A stretch of DNA of 64,000 bases from an uncultured Prevotellaceae bacterium (GTDB lineage Bacteria > Bacteroidota > Bacteroidia > Bacteroidales > Bacteroidaceae): contig CACYQO010000031.1 of NCBI GenBank assembly GCA_902776545.1, positions 7,161-71,160 on the forward strand, in the 5' to 3' direction. The notes below the pieces were generated by a model. The model was not told the origin of the DNA. It ran no database searches and saw only the letters and a list, made by a program, of their open reading frames with translations. Position numbers and translations under genes: made by a program. Position 1 is the stretch's first letter. Each line of letters begins with the position of its first letter. This document shows positions 1 to 10,394 of the stretch, one piece after another.

Positions 1-441
1 ATTCAGCGAGTTAGCAAGGCCAGCGTAACCATCGACGGCATCGTAAAAGGCCAGATTGGATGGGGATTTCTCATCCTCTTAGGTGTGTGCGAAGAAGACA
101 CGATGGAGGATGTAGATTGGCTTGTGAGGAAAGTTGCCAACCTCCGGGTGTTCGACGACGACGATCACGTGATGAACCGTTCGATTCTGGATATCAGCGG
201 CGAGTGTCTGGTCGTCAGCCAGTTCACGCTCTTCGCAAGTTATAAGAAAGGGAATCGTCCGAGTTGGTTCAAGGCAGGTTCTCACGAGCACTCTATCCCA
301 CTCTACGAAGCCTTCTGCACTCAGCTTTCAGCAGCTATCGGCAACCCTGTACAGACTGGCGAATTTGGCGCAGATATGAAGGTCGAACTGCTTAACGACG
401 GCCCTGTGACCATCTGCATGGATACTAAAAACAAGGAATAA
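1..441 (+). CDS. dtd: D-aminoacyl-tRNA deacylase (5' end outside window)
   Basis: Frame open from base 1 (IQRVSKASV); SQFTL and NDGPVT motifs. Confidence 0.95.
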   Translation: MQRVSKASVTIDGIVKGQIGWGFLILLGVCEEDTMEDVDWLVRKVANLRVFDDDDHVMNRSILDISGECLVVSQFTLFASYKKGNRPSWFKAGSHEHSIPLYEAFCTQLSAAIGNPVQTGEFGADMKVELLNDGPVTICMDTKNKE

Positions 442-452
442 ATATCAGAGAT

Positions 453-674
453 ATGGACAGAAGACAAATCGCAAATTACGTAAACTTAGGAGCCCTGATC
501 TTCTACATTCTGGGGCGTGTGCTAAACATGAACATCCTCATGTGGATTGGTCTGGGTATCATGACGTTATCAAGCATCTGGACAATCATTCACTGGAAGG
601 AAAACGACAAGATGTCGAACTACATTTCTGTGGCCTTCCTGGTACTCGTCGGACTTTCCATCTTCGGACTATAA
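453..674 (+). CDS. small membrane protein (HWKE motif, paralog 1)
   Basis: 73 aa, about 3 hydrophobic helices, IIHWKENDK. Confidence 0.7.
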   Translation: MDRRQIANYVNLGALIFYILGRVLNMNILMWIGLGIMTLSSIWTIIHWKENDKMSNYISVAFLVLVGLSIFGL

Positions 675-677
675 ACC

Positions 678-926
678 ATGCGTAAGTATCTGAGAGAGAT
701 AGAGATATCAGGTGTTATCCTGGCAGCCATCGGCATTATCTGCGCATTGGTCTGGGGTACGCCATACGGCATGTGGCCATGTGGATTAGGGCTGTTGCTA
801 TTGCTCGTCATCTTCCTCTACAAGGCCTTCCATTGGAAGGAATATGAGCGTGAGAACAAGCAGTACATCATGATTATCCTGCTCACCATCGCCATCCTGT
901 TCTTTCAGATGCTGACAAAAAGATAA
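678..926 (+). CDS. small membrane protein (HWKE motif, paralog 2)
   Basis: 82 aa, 3 TM segments, YKAFHWKEYERENK. Confidence 0.75.
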   Translation: MRKYLREIEISGVILAAIGIICALVWGTPYGMWPCGLGLLLLLVIFLYKAFHWKEYERENKQYIMIILLTIAILFFQMLTKR

Positions 927-950
927 AACGAAAGAAATAACACATATATT

Positions 951-1202
951 ATGATTAAAGAACATCTGAACAAAATCAGAAATGCAGGTTTCTTCCTGCT
1001 GATCATTGCTTTTGTAATCAGCACATTGTGGGGCTCAAGTCACGCCTTCTTCCCCATGTCATTCAGTGTCATCCTACTTGGTATCGTGGTGATTTACAAG
1101 GCGTTACACTGGAAAGAGTATGAGAATGACAACAAGCGCAATGCATGGATCGCATTAGCATTGTTCGTTCTCTTCTTCATGAACACATTCTTCCCGCTAT
1201 GA
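951..1202 (+). CDS. small membrane protein (HWKE motif, paralog 3)
   Basis: 83 aa, 3 TM segments, YKALHWKEYENDNK. Confidence 0.75.
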   Translation: MIKEHLNKIRNAGFFLLIIAFVISTLWGSSHAFFPMSFSVILLGIVVIYKALHWKEYENDNKRNAWIALALFVLFFMNTFFPL

Positions 1203-1525
1203 CGATCAAGGAAGCACAAGAGGCTGTGGACCGCTGGATCAGGGAATACGGCGTGCGTTACTTCTCAGAACTGACGAATATGGCGGTTCTGACAGAGGAA
1301 GTAGGTGAACTGGCACGTGTGATGGCTCGCAAATACGGTGACCAGAGTTTCAAGGAAGGCGAGAAAGATAACCTGGGTGAAGAGATGGCTGATGTTTTCT
1401 GGGTATTGCTTTGCCTGGCCAATCAGACAGGTGTAGATCTGACGGAAGAACTGCAGAAAAGCATCGAAAAGAAGACGCAGCGTGACTCACTCAGGCACAT
1501 CCACAATAAGAAATTAATGGCATAA
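1199..1525 (+). CDS. MazG-like nucleotide pyrophosphohydrolase (YpjD family)
   Basis: LTEEVGELAR and LGEEMADV motifs; ATG at 1199 overlaps previous stop. Confidence 0.9.
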   Translation: MTIKEAQEAVDRWIREYGVRYFSELTNMAVLTEEVGELARVMARKYGDQSFKEGEKDNLGEEMADVFWVLLCLANQTGVDLTEELQKSIEKKTQRDSLRHIHNKKLMA

Positions 1526-1537
1526 AACGATAGCATT

Positions 1538-2440
1538 ATGGCAACAACATCAACAGAAAAAGGGCGCATAGAAGAGGCCCTCAGTAAGTATAACCTCGAC
1601 ATCAACGACGAGGACGTAAAGGCTGCCGTGAAGAAGATTATCACGGAGAAAGTACATGAGAACGACACCCCTGAAGTGAAGCAATTCCTGATGGGTAGCG
1701 TGGAGCTGACGACACTCAAAACCACAGACTCCGACGAGAGTGTGATGGCTTTCACAGAGCGTGTGAACCAGTTCGATGAGCAGTACCCTGCCCTACCCCA
1801 CGTGGCAACCATCTGCGTCTATCCACGTTTCGCCAAAATCGTCTCTGAAACCTTAGAGGTCGACGGTGTTGAAATCGCCTGTGTATCAGGTAGTTTCCCA
1901 TCGTCGCAGGCACTTATAGAGGTGAAGACGGTGGAGACGGCTCTGGCTATCAAAGACGGTGCAACGGAGATTGATATGGTGCTCAGCGTAGGTGCTTTCC
2001 TCTCTGGCGACTACGAGACGGTCTGTGACGAGATACAACAGATGAAAGAGGCCTGTGGTGAGCATAAGATGAAGGTGATTTTGGAAACAGGTTGTCTGAA
2101 AACCGCCTCGAACATCAAGACGGCCTCGCTATTGGCAATGTACTCTGGTGCCGACTATATCAAGACATCCACAGGTAAACTCGAACCCGCAGCAACGCCA
2201 GAGGCAGCGTATGTGATGTGCCAGGCCATCAAGGAATACTACGATGAAACGGGCATACAGATTGGTTTTAAACCTGCTGGAGGCCTCAATAGCGTGATGG
2301 ATGCACTCATCTACTATACCATCGTGAAAGAGGTCTTAGGCGAGAAATGGCTCACGAATCAGTGGTTCCGTATGGGTACGTCGCGCCTGGCAAATATGCT
2401 CCTGAGCGAGGTAATTGGTAAGGAAACGAAGTTCTTTTAG
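1538..2440 (+). CDS. deoC: deoxyribose-phosphate aldolase
   Basis: GATEIDMV, KVILETG, YIKTSTGK, GFKPAGG motifs. Confidence 0.95.
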   Translation: MATTSTEKGRIEEALSKYNLDINDEDVKAAVKKIITEKVHENDTPEVKQFLMGSVELTTLKTTDSDESVMAFTERVNQFDEQYPALPHVATICVYPRFAKIVSETLEVDGVEIACVSGSFPSSQALIEVKTVETALAIKDGATEIDMVLSVGAFLSGDYETVCDEIQQMKEACGEHKMKVILETGCLKTASNIKTASLLAMYSGADYIKTSTGKLEPAATPEAAYVMCQAIKEYYDETGIQIGFKPAGGLNSVMDALIYYTIVKEVLGEKWLTNQWFRMGTSRLANMLLSEVIGKETKFF

Positions 2441-2449
2441 TAATCTCTT

Positions 2450-2559
2450 CCCCTCCTAAATTAGGAGGGGCAAGGGGTGGTCTGAACAAGCGCATTTTCT
2501 TACTGCTTGTAAATCCGCCCGTTCAGACCCCCTCTATCTCCCCCTAACTTAGGGGGAGA
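2450..2559. repeat. REP/REPIN-like palindrome doublet between convergent genes
   Basis: Hairpins CCCCTCCTAA-A-TTAGGAGGGG (2450-2470) and TCTCCCCCTAA-C-TTAGGGGGAGA (2537-2559), plus inner IR GGTCTGAAC/GTTCAGACC. Confidence 0.8.
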
Positions 2560-2564
2560 AATGG

Positions 2565-3539
2565 TTACATCTTGCGCCTGATAACGTATTCCAAATAAGC
2601 TTGATAGGCTTCTTTAAGCTCTGGTTTCACGCAGTTATCGATATACGTCTTTGCCTTCTGCGAGTAACGATCCATCATCCTTTCAGCATATTGGATTCCC
2701 CCACTCTGCTTGGCAAACTCCACAAGCACAGCGATTTCATCGACATTAATCGTGCCTAACTTCACCTTTCTTGCCAACGATTTCATGGGCTCAAAGTCAG
2801 AGTGATTCAGCGCATAGATCACAGGCAGCGTCAGTTTTCCTTCTGCCATATCGTTACCTGTAGGCTTACCTATTTCTGTTGAATCATAATAATCAAAGAT
2901 ATCGTCGCGAATCTGGAAGATCATACCCAAATCTTGTCCAAATTGTTTCGCCTTTTTGATATTCTCTTCAGAAGCATTCACAGACAGAGAACCCATACCA
3001 CAGCAGGTCTCAAACAACGCGGCCGTCTTTTGTCTAATCACCTGATAATAAACATCTTCCGAGAATTCCGAGTTGTTAATGTTCTGCAACTGCAGGATCT
3101 CACCTGATGCCAATGTCATACCAAGTTCTGCGACATATTGTAAAACTCTATGATCTTTCGTCTTTGCCACATGACTGATGCAGGTAGAGAGGATATAGTC
3201 ACCCACAAGCACGGCCACCTTATTATTATAGGAGGCATTGACAGACGACTGTCCGCGTCGTTCGCTACTCTCATCCACCACATCGTCGTGAATCAACGAA
3301 GCCGTATGCAATAGTTCAAGTGCGACAGCCGCATTCTGGGTGACGTCTGACACCTCACCATAGTTCTTCGCAGACAACAATGTGAGCATAGGTCGCATCT
3401 GCTTACCTGTACGCTGACGGATATGTTCCAGAGCCTGTGAAAGGAGGCCATACGAATGGCTCAGCGAACCCTGGAAACGAAAGACGAACTCCTGGAAATC
3501 ACTCTCAATCGGGTGCTTGATAACTGACAAATAATCCAT
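2565..3539 (-). CDS. ispB: polyprenyl diphosphate synthase
   Basis: IHDDVVDES..RRG and FQIRDDIFD aspartate-rich motifs. Confidence 0.9.
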   Translation of the reverse strand: MDYLSVIKHPIESDFQEFVFRFQGSLSHSYGLLSQALEHIRQRTGKQMRPMLTLLSAKNYGEVSDVTQNAAVALELLHTASLIHDDVVDESSERRGQSSVNASYNNKVAVLVGDYILSTCISHVAKTKDHRVLQYVAELGMTLASGEILQLQNINNSEFSEDVYYQVIRQKTAALFETCCGMGSLSVNASEENIKKAKQFGQDLGMIFQIRDDIFDYYDSTEIGKPTGNDMAEGKLTLPVIYALNHSDFEPMKSLARKVKLGTINVDEIAVLVEFAKQSGGIQYAERMMDRYSQKAKTYIDNCVKPELKEAYQAYLEYVIRRKM

Positions 3540-3626
3540 ATTATCTCGAATTTTGATACAAAATTAGTAAAAATCATTGTAATATCGATATTTTTTAGTA
3601 ATTTTACGCAGAAAATAAACAAAGTT

Positions 3627-6314
3627 ATGCAGAAACTCTTCCTTTTAGACGCTTATGCGCTCATCTATCGCAGTTATTATGCGTTCATCAAGAACCCCAG
3701 AATCAACTCTATCGGCGTGGCCTTTGATCCTCATGGACCCACCTTCCGCAGTGATGCTTTCCCTGCTTACAAAGCCCAGCGCGAGGAGACGCCAGAGGAC
3801 ATCCGCAAGGCTGTTCCCATCATCAAAGACCTGCTGAAAGCCTATCGGATACCTATTCTCCAGGTCGATGGATTCGAGGCAGACGATGTCATCGGCACCC
3901 TCGCCACGAAGGCAGGAGCCGATGGAATCAACACTTTTATGTTGACACCTGATAAGGACTATGGACAGTTGGTAAGTAACCACGTGAAGATCTATCGGCC
4001 TCGACATGGGGGCGGCTATGAGACGATGGGACCCAAGGAGGTTTGTGAGAAATATGGCATCCCCACTACCCTATCGGTCATCGATCTGCTGGCGCTGATG
4101 GGTGACTCAGCGGATAACTTCCCTGGGTGTCCTGGTGTCGGAGAGAAGACAGCCGTAAAACTCATCAACGAGTTCGGAAGCATCGACGCGCTGATTGAAC
4201 GTTCATCTGAAATTAAAGGTAAACTTCGCGAGAAGGTTGAGGAACATATCGATGATATCCGGATGAGTTACTTCCTCGCAACCATCAAAACGGATGTTCC
4301 CATCGAGCTCGATATGGAAGCGTTGAAGCTCGTCGAGCCGAATGAGGACGAACTCGGCAAACTGCTCCTCGAATTGGAGATGAAAAGCTTCGCAGACAGA
4401 GTTCTTAAAAAAAGCCAAAAACCACAAACGCCTGTTAACGGCCAACTCGATCTCTTTGCAGAATTTGCGCCCAACGGGACAGAAAGTTCAAAAAACGCGA
4501 GTTTTGAGACCTTAGAAACGACCCCTCACAACTATAAACTCGTTGATAATGAAGAGGATATGAGGAAAATTTGTGACTTTTTTAGGACAAATGAAATTCT
4601 CAGTCTAGACACGGAGACGACTTCAACGAGTCCGATTGACGCAGAATTGGTCGGTTTGAGCTTCGCCGTGAAGGAATTTGAGGCCTTTTATGTCCCTGTT
4701 CCAGCAAATCGTGAAGAAGCGTTACGAATCGTTAATATATTTAAAGAGGTGTATGAGGACCCCAAAATCCTCAAGGTCGGACAAAACTTGAAGTACGACC
4801 TCGAGGTGTTACGCAATTACGACATCCATCTCGCAGGTCCGATGTTCGACACGATGATTGCCCACTACCTCATCCAACCTGAGTTGCATCACAACATGGA
4901 CTACATGGCTGAGATCTATCTCAACTATCAGACCATCCACATCGATGAGCTCATCGGTCCCAAAGGCAAGAACCAGAAATCGATGCGCGACCTCCTACCC
5001 TCTCAGGTCTACGAGTATGCCGCTGAGGATGCAGATGTCACCCTCCGTCTGAAGAATAAACTGGAGCCGGAGTTGAAGAAGTTCGAGTGCGAGAAGTTGT
5101 TCTATGAGATAGAGATGCCTCTGATGCCAGTCTTGGCAGAAATGGAGATGAATGGTGTCTGTCTGGATACAGAATCGCTTCAAGAAACGTCAAATGTTTT
5201 GACGGATAGGATGAACGAACTTGAAGTAAGAATCTACGAGTTGGCTGGCGAACAATTCAATATCGCCTCACCCAAACAAGTAGGCGAAATCCTCTTCGAC
5301 AAACTTAAAATCGTAGAGAAGGCCAAGAAGACCAAGACTGGGCAATATGTCACTTCAGAAGATGTACTCCAACAAATGCGCAACAAGCATGAGATTGTGG
5401 CTGACATATTGGAACACAGAGGTTTAAAGAAACTCATCGGCACGTATATCGATGCACTGCCCAAACTGATTAACCCTCGTACTGGTCATATCCACACATC
5501 GTTTAATCAAACCATCACGGCCACAGGACGCCTATCAAGCAGCGACCCCAATCTCCAGAATATCCCCATCCGAGGCGAAGATGGAAAGGAAATCCGCAAG
5601 GCTTTCGTACCAGAGCCTGGTTGTCTGTTCTTTTCAGCAGACTATAGCCAGATTGAACTGCGTGTGATGGCCCACCTCTCGCAGGATCAGAATATGATCG
5701 AAGTGTTCCGTGAAGGCAAAGATCTCCACGCAGCCACAGCCGCGAACATCTATAAGAAGGATATCTCTGAAGTCACTCGTGATGAACGCACGAAGTCGAA
5801 GCGAGCCAACTTCGGCATCATCTATGGCATCACCGTCTTTGGCTTGGCTGAGCGTTTGGACATCCCTCGCGACGAGGCAAAGATGCTGATAGACGGTTAT
5901 TTCGCCACCTTCCCACAGGTTCACGACTATATGGAGAAATCGAAGGAGGTGGCCCGTCAGAAGGGTTATGTCACCACCCTATTCGGCCGTCGTCGTTATC
6001 TGCCGGATATCAATTCCCACAACGCCACCGTCCGAGGTTTTGCTGAGCGTAACGCCATCAATGCCCCCATCCAGGGCACAGCGGCAGATATCATCAAAGT
6101 AGCGATGATACGCATCCACGAGCGATTCCAGAAAGAGGGCATCAGGAGCAAGATGATCCTGCAAGTACACGACGAACTCAACTTCTCCGTCTACCCTGAA
6201 GAGAAGGAGAAAGTAGAGCGTATCGTCATCGAGGAGATGCAGAATGCCTTCCCCTTGAACGTTCCCCTCGTGGCAGACTCCGGCTTTGGTCAGAACTGGC
6301 TTGAAGCTCACTAA
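3627..6314 (+). CDS. polA: DNA polymerase I (apparent short in-frame deletion near 3710)
   Basis: 5'-3' exonuclease (EADDVIGT), 3'-5' exonuclease (LDTET) and PolA motifs (DYSQIELR, QVHDEL). Confidence 0.97.
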   Translation: MQKLFLLDAYALIYRSYYAFIKNPRINSIGVAFDPHGPTFRSDAFPAYKAQREETPEDIRKAVPIIKDLLKAYRIPILQVDGFEADDVIGTLATKAGADGINTFMLTPDKDYGQLVSNHVKIYRPRHGGGYETMGPKEVCEKYGIPTTLSVIDLLALMGDSADNFPGCPGVGEKTAVKLINEFGSIDALIERSSEIKGKLREKVEEHIDDIRMSYFLATIKTDVPIELDMEALKLVEPNEDELGKLLLELEMKSFADRVLKKSQKPQTPVNGQLDLFAEFAPNGTESSKNASFETLETTPHNYKLVDNEEDMRKICDFFRTNEILSLDTETTSTSPIDAELVGLSFAVKEFEAFYVPVPANREEALRIVNIFKEVYEDPKILKVGQNLKYDLEVLRNYDIHLAGPMFDTMIAHYLIQPELHHNMDYMAEIYLNYQTIHIDELIGPKGKNQKSMRDLLPSQVYEYAAEDADVTLRLKNKLEPELKKFECEKLFYEIEMPLMPVLAEMEMNGVCLDTESLQETSNVLTDRMNELEVRIYELAGEQFNIASPKQVGEILFDKLKIVEKAKKTKTGQYVTSEDVLQQMRNKHEIVADILEHRGLKKLIGTYIDALPKLINPRTGHIHTSFNQTITATGRLSSSDPNLQNIPIRGEDGKEIRKAFVPEPGCLFFSADYSQIELRVMAHLSQDQNMIEVFREGKDLHAATAANIYKKDISEVTRDERTKSKRANFGIIYGITVFGLAERLDIPRDEAKMLIDGYFATFPQVHDYMEKSKEVARQKGYVTTLFGRRRYLPDINSHNATVRGFAERNAINAPIQGTAADIIKVAMIRIHERFQKEGIRSKMILQVHDELNFSVYPEEKEKVERIVIEEMQNAFPLNVPLVADSGFGQNWLEAH

Positions 6315-6340
6315 TAGAAACACATCATAACTATCAAACT

Positions 6341-6790
6341 ATGAATATTGGAGATAAAGCGCCTGAGATATTAGGCAAAGACGAACAGGGACGGGATATC
6401 CGTCTGAGTGATTACAAGGGAAGAAAGCTCGTGTTGTACTTCTATCCGAAGGACAATACCAGCGGTTGTACGGCAGAGGCCTGTAGTCTGAGAGACCATT
6501 ACGGCGAGCTGCAGGGTAGGGGATATGAGGTGGTTGGCGTGAGTAAGGACTCTGCCGCCTCACATGTGAAGTTCAAGGAGAAATATGAACTGCCCTTCCC
6601 GCTGATTGCCGATGTGGATAAGAAGCTGATGGAGGCGATGGGTGCCTGGGGCGAGAAGACGATGTACGGCAAGAAAACCATGGGCACCATCCGCACCACC
6701 TTCATCATCAACGAAGAAGGCATCATTGAACAGATCTTTGCCGGCAAGCAGGTGAAAACCAAAGAGCATGCCGAGCAGATCCTAACCTAA
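6341..6790 (+). CDS. bcp: thioredoxin-dependent peroxiredoxin Bcp
   Basis: YFYPKDNTSGCTAEAC motif. Confidence 0.93.
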   Translation: MNIGDKAPEILGKDEQGRDIRLSDYKGRKLVLYFYPKDNTSGCTAEACSLRDHYGELQGRGYEVVGVSKDSAASHVKFKEKYELPFPLIADVDKKLMEAMGAWGEKTMYGKKTMGTIRTTFIINEEGIIEQIFAGKQVKTKEHAEQILT

Positions 6791-6801
6791 GAAGGGACTA
6801 C

Positions 6802-7320
6802 TTACTTCACTTTCCAGACGTTGAGGACGATGCCCTTGAAGCCTGTCGAAAAGTCAGGCTGGCAGACGAAGAGGGCATTGTTCAGCCAAGCATATTTGCT
6901 GTCGGCAGGTGCCTCGAATTGGGGAGCAGCCTTGAAATAGAACGTGGGGTCGCCTTGGTCATCCTTGCCATTCGCAATAATACCACGATTGCGAACGTGG
7001 ATGTTCACACCGTCATCCGTCTTGATGCAATAGATGGCTTCGAGCTCTGTGCGTCCGATGGCCTTATTAGTCAGCTGATAATCAGCACCTCCGTTGATGA
7101 TTGTACCCTTGATATTGGGTCCCTCAAAGGTACCACCAGTAATGGGGATGATGGTACGCTGGCCGTGCTGGGTCTCACCACAAGTGTAGGCCTCGTCTAA
7201 GGTTACCTTCAACTGCAAGGCAAACTCGAGCTGAGGCGTGTTCTGGGGTTCAGAAACCTGGGCGCTAGCAGTCATTGAAAGCGCCACAAAAGCAATCATT
7301 GATAAGAGAATCTTTTTCAT
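6802..7320 (-). CDS. secreted DUF3237-like protein
   Basis: Signal peptide; IIPITGGTFEG, GGADYQ, YAWLNN motifs. Confidence 0.75.
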   Translation of the reverse strand: MKKILLSMIAFVALSMTASAQVSEPQNTPQLEFALQLKVTLDEAYTCGETQHGQRTIIPITGGTFEGPNIKGTIINGGADYQLTNKAIGRTELEAIYCIKTDDGVNIHVRNRGIIANGKDDQGDPTFYFKAAPQFEAPADSKYAWLNNALFVCQPDFSTGFKGIVLNVWKVK

Positions 7321-7418
7321 TTCTTGAATGGTTTAAATCAGTTACTGGGTGCAAAGATAGGCAAAATAATGAATATTGAATCATAGATAATGTATAATTT
7401 TAAATGGCAGTAGCAAAT

Positions 7419-7464
7419 TTTTCACTTTTCACTTTTCACTTTTCACTTTTCTTTGTACCTTTGC
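7419..7464 (+). promoter_or_regulatory. ychF promoter: (TTTTCAC)4 directly upstream of -7 box TACCTTTG
   Basis: 4 heptamers at 7419-7446; TAnnTTTG consensus at 7457. Confidence 0.7.
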
Positions 7465-7492
7465 ACCCGAAAATAAACGTTTATAGAAGAAA

Positions 7493-8593
7493 ATGGCATT
7501 AAAATGTGGTATTGTCGGACTCCCGAATGTGGGTAAGTCCACTTTGTTTAATTGCTTGTCGAGTGCAAAGGCTCAGGCAGCAAATTTCCCCTTTTGTACG
7601 ATAGAACCCAACGTCGGCGTCATCACCGTTCCTGATGAAAGGCTGACTAAACTTGCAGAGCTGGTGCATCCTGGACGCATCGTGCCTGCCACTTGTGAGA
7701 TTGTGGATATCGCTGGTCTGGTGAAGGGCGCCTCGAAGGGCGAGGGCTTAGGCAATAAGTTCCTTGGGAACATCCGCGAAACGGACGCCATCATCCACGT
7801 GCTCCGTTGTTTTGAGGATGAGAATATCACCCACGTGGATGGCACTATCGATCCCATCCGCGACAAGGAGATCATCGATACCGAACTGCAACTGAAGGAC
7901 TTAGAGACCATCGAGAGCCGTCTGGCCAAGACGGAAAAAGCTGCTGCCGCTGGCAATAAGGATGCGAAGATCGAGGTTGCTGTGCTCCACGCTTATAAGG
8001 AGGCGCTGGACCAGGGTAAGAACGCCCGCATCGTGGAGTTCGAGTCGAAGGACGAACAGGACTGTGCCCGTAATCTCTTCCTGCTCACGTCGAAGCCTGT
8101 GCTTTATGTCTGCAACGTTGGTGAGGCTGATGCCAAGGACGGCAACGACTTCACGAAGAGGGTAGGGGAGCTGGCTCAGGAAGAAGGTGCAGAGATGATG
8201 GTCATCGCTGCCAAGACGGAAGAGGACATCGCAGAACTCGAGTCCTACGAGGACAAGCAGATGTTCTTGGAAGAGCTGGGTCTTGAGGAGAGTGGCGTAA
8301 ACCGTCTCATCAAGAAAGCCTACGCCCTGCTGAACCTCGAGACGTTTATCACCGCTGGTGAGATGGAGGTCAAGGCCTGGACCTACAAGAAGGGTTGGAA
8401 GGCACCTCAATGCGCTGGTGTCATCCATACAGACTTCGAGAAAGGCTTCATTCGTGCCGAAGTGATCAAGTACGATGATTATATCCAGTATGGCTCTGAG
8501 GCCGCTGTCCGCGAAGCCGGCAAACTCGCCGTCGAGGGCAAGGACTACATCGTCCAAGACGGAGACATCATGCACTTCCGCTTCAATGTATAA
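7493..8593 (+). CDS. ychF: redox-regulated ATPase YchF
   Basis: [33 protein letters not shown]-terminus. Confidence 0.97.
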   Translation: MALKCGIVGLPNVGKSTLFNCLSSAKAQAANFPFCTIEPNVGVITVPDERLTKLAELVHPGRIVPATCEIVDIAGLVKGASKGEGLGNKFLGNIRETDAIIHVLRCFEDENITHVDGTIDPIRDKEIIDTELQLKDLETIESRLAKTEKAAAAGNKDAKIEVAVLHAYKEALDQGKNARIVEFESKDEQDCARNLFLLTSKPVLYVCNVGEADAKDGNDFTKRVGELAQEEGAEMMVIAAKTEEDIAELESYEDKQMFLEELGLEESGVNRLIKKAYALLNLETFITAGEMEVKAWTYKKGWKAPQCAGVIHTDFEKGFIRAEVIKYDDYIQYGSEAAVREAGKLAVEGKDYIVQDGDIMHFRFNV

Positions 8594-8613
8594 TAACGAC
8601 CACTAAAAAGAAA

Positions 8614-9450
8614 ATGAATCAATTATCGTATATCATTTGGCAGCCGGATTTGGAGGCGTTTCGCATTGGGCCGATGGCTGTGCGCTGGTATGGGCTGATG
8701 TGGATCATCGGATTGGCGTTGGCCTATCTGGTTGTGAAGCGGCTGTATAAGGAACAGAAGATCAAGGACGAGTACTTTGATCCTCTCTTTATCTACTGCT
8801 TCTTTGGCATCCTGATTGGTGCCCGCCTGGGCCATTGTATCTTCTACCAGCCACAGGACTTCCTAACCTCTTGGCAAGGTATCGTAGAAATGCTGCTGCC
8901 TATTCATTTCCTGCCTGATGGTGACTGGAAGCTCACAGGCTATGCCGGCCTTGCCTCGCATGGTGGTACTTTAGGTCTGATGATTGCCCTCTGGCTCTAT
9001 GTCCGCAAGACGAAACTCAGCATCTGGACTGTTCTTGACAACATCGCCATCGCCACAGGAACCACAGCCTGTTTCATCCGTCTTGGCAACCTCATGAACT
9101 CTGAGATCATCGGCAAGATCACAGACGTGCCCTGGGCCTTCATCTTCGAGCGTGTCGACATGATGCCTCGCCACCCAGGCCAACTCTACGAGGCCATCGC
9201 TTACGCCATCCTTTTCGGCATTATGTGGTATCTGCATAAGAAAATGCCTGAAAAGATCGGCACGGGTTGGTATTTCGGCTTCTGCCTGACGTATATCTTC
9301 ACCTTCCGCTTCTTCATCGAGTACACCAAGGAGATTCAGGAAGCCTTCGAGGCCTCGCTGCCTATCGATATGGGACAGATTCTCTCAATACCCTTCATCA
9401 TCCTTGGCGCCTGGTGTATGCTAAGGGCTAAGAAGAAGGTGTCTGCGTGA
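8614..9450 (+). CDS. lgt: prolipoprotein diacylglyceryl transferase
   Basis: [28 protein letters not shown] motifs. Confidence 0.96.
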   Translation: MNQLSYIIWQPDLEAFRIGPMAVRWYGLMWIIGLALAYLVVKRLYKEQKIKDEYFDPLFIYCFFGILIGARLGHCIFYQPQDFLTSWQGIVEMLLPIHFLPDGDWKLTGYAGLASHGGTLGLMIALWLYVRKTKLSIWTVLDNIAIATGTTACFIRLGNLMNSEIIGKITDVPWAFIFERVDMMPRHPGQLYEAIAYAILFGIMWYLHKKMPEKIGTGWYFGFCLTYIFTFRFFIEYTKEIQEAFEASLPIDMGQILSIPFIILGAWCMLRAKKKVSA

Positions 9451-10394
9451 AAAAAGGAAGCCTGCTGTTGATGCTACTGGGCTGGATGGCTGTTGCCCAG
9501 GCCCAGTTTTTGCATGAGGGTGATACGATTGCTATCATCTCTCCTTCGAGTGCGACAGATACAACTACCATCAACGGAGGCATCAAGACACTCGAAAGTT
9601 GGGGTTATCATTGTGTAGTAGGAAAGAATGCCCTCAATGAGTATCACGGCTTTGCCGGCACCATCGACGAACGACTGTCAGATCTGCTTTGGGCCCTTAA
9701 AGAGCCTTCTATCAAAGCAATTATGTGTTCAAGAGGTGGCGATGGTGCTGCCCATCTGCTCACCCGTTTGTCTCTTGATACCCTGTGCCAATATCCCAAA
9801 CTTATCATTGGTTTTAGCGACGTAACGGCTTTGCTCTGTGCTGAGGCGATGGCTGGGGTGAAAGGTATTCACGGTTCGATGTGTCACGCCCTGAAGACGT
9901 ATGAGGGTACTGATACCGTCAGCCAATGTCTGCGTCGTATGCTGCAAGGCGATTTGCCAGAATACCGTGTGGCGCCTCATCCGCTCAATGTCGAGGGTAG
10001 GGCAGATGGCATCGTCGTGGGTGGTAATATGTCTGTCTATAATGATCTCGCTGGCTCCGACTTCGATCCTTTGCTATTGCCTAACATCATCCTATTTATG
10101 GAGGATACGGGCGAGGGGATGAGCAAGGTGGATCGTATGCTCCACAATATGGAGATGCGAGGCCTGCTACCCAACGTCCGAGGCATCATCGTGGGCCAGT
10201 TCAACAAGTACAAACATCCTGAGAACGGCTTCGACGATATGTATTCCATTCTCCACGAATACCTTCGTCACTACAACATCCCCGTCTGTTACGATTTCCC
10301 CGTGGGCCACGCCCACCTTCGTAACTTTCCCCTCCTTACTGGCGCCAAGGCCACTCTCGAAGTCACCTCCGAAGGCGTCACCCTCCGTTATTAA
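9447..10394 (+). CDS. LD-carboxypeptidase (peptidase S66)
   Basis: RGGDG, IGFSDVT, GGN, EDTGE, GH motifs; signal peptide. Confidence 0.88.
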   Translation: MKKGSLLLMLLGWMAVAQAQFLHEGDTIAIISPSSATDTTTINGGIKTLESWGYHCVVGKNALNEYHGFAGTIDERLSDLLWALKEPSIKAIMCSRGGDGAAHLLTRLSLDTLCQYPKLIIGFSDVTALLCAEAMAGVKGIHGSMCHALKTYEGTDTVSQCLRRMLQGDLPEYRVAPHPLNVEGRADGIVVGGNMSVYNDLAGSDFDPLLLPNIILFMEDTGEGMSKVDRMLHNMEMRGLLPNVRGIIVGQFNKYKHPENGFDDMYSILHEYLRHYNIPVCYDFPVGHAHLRNFPLLTGAKATLEVTSEGVTLRY

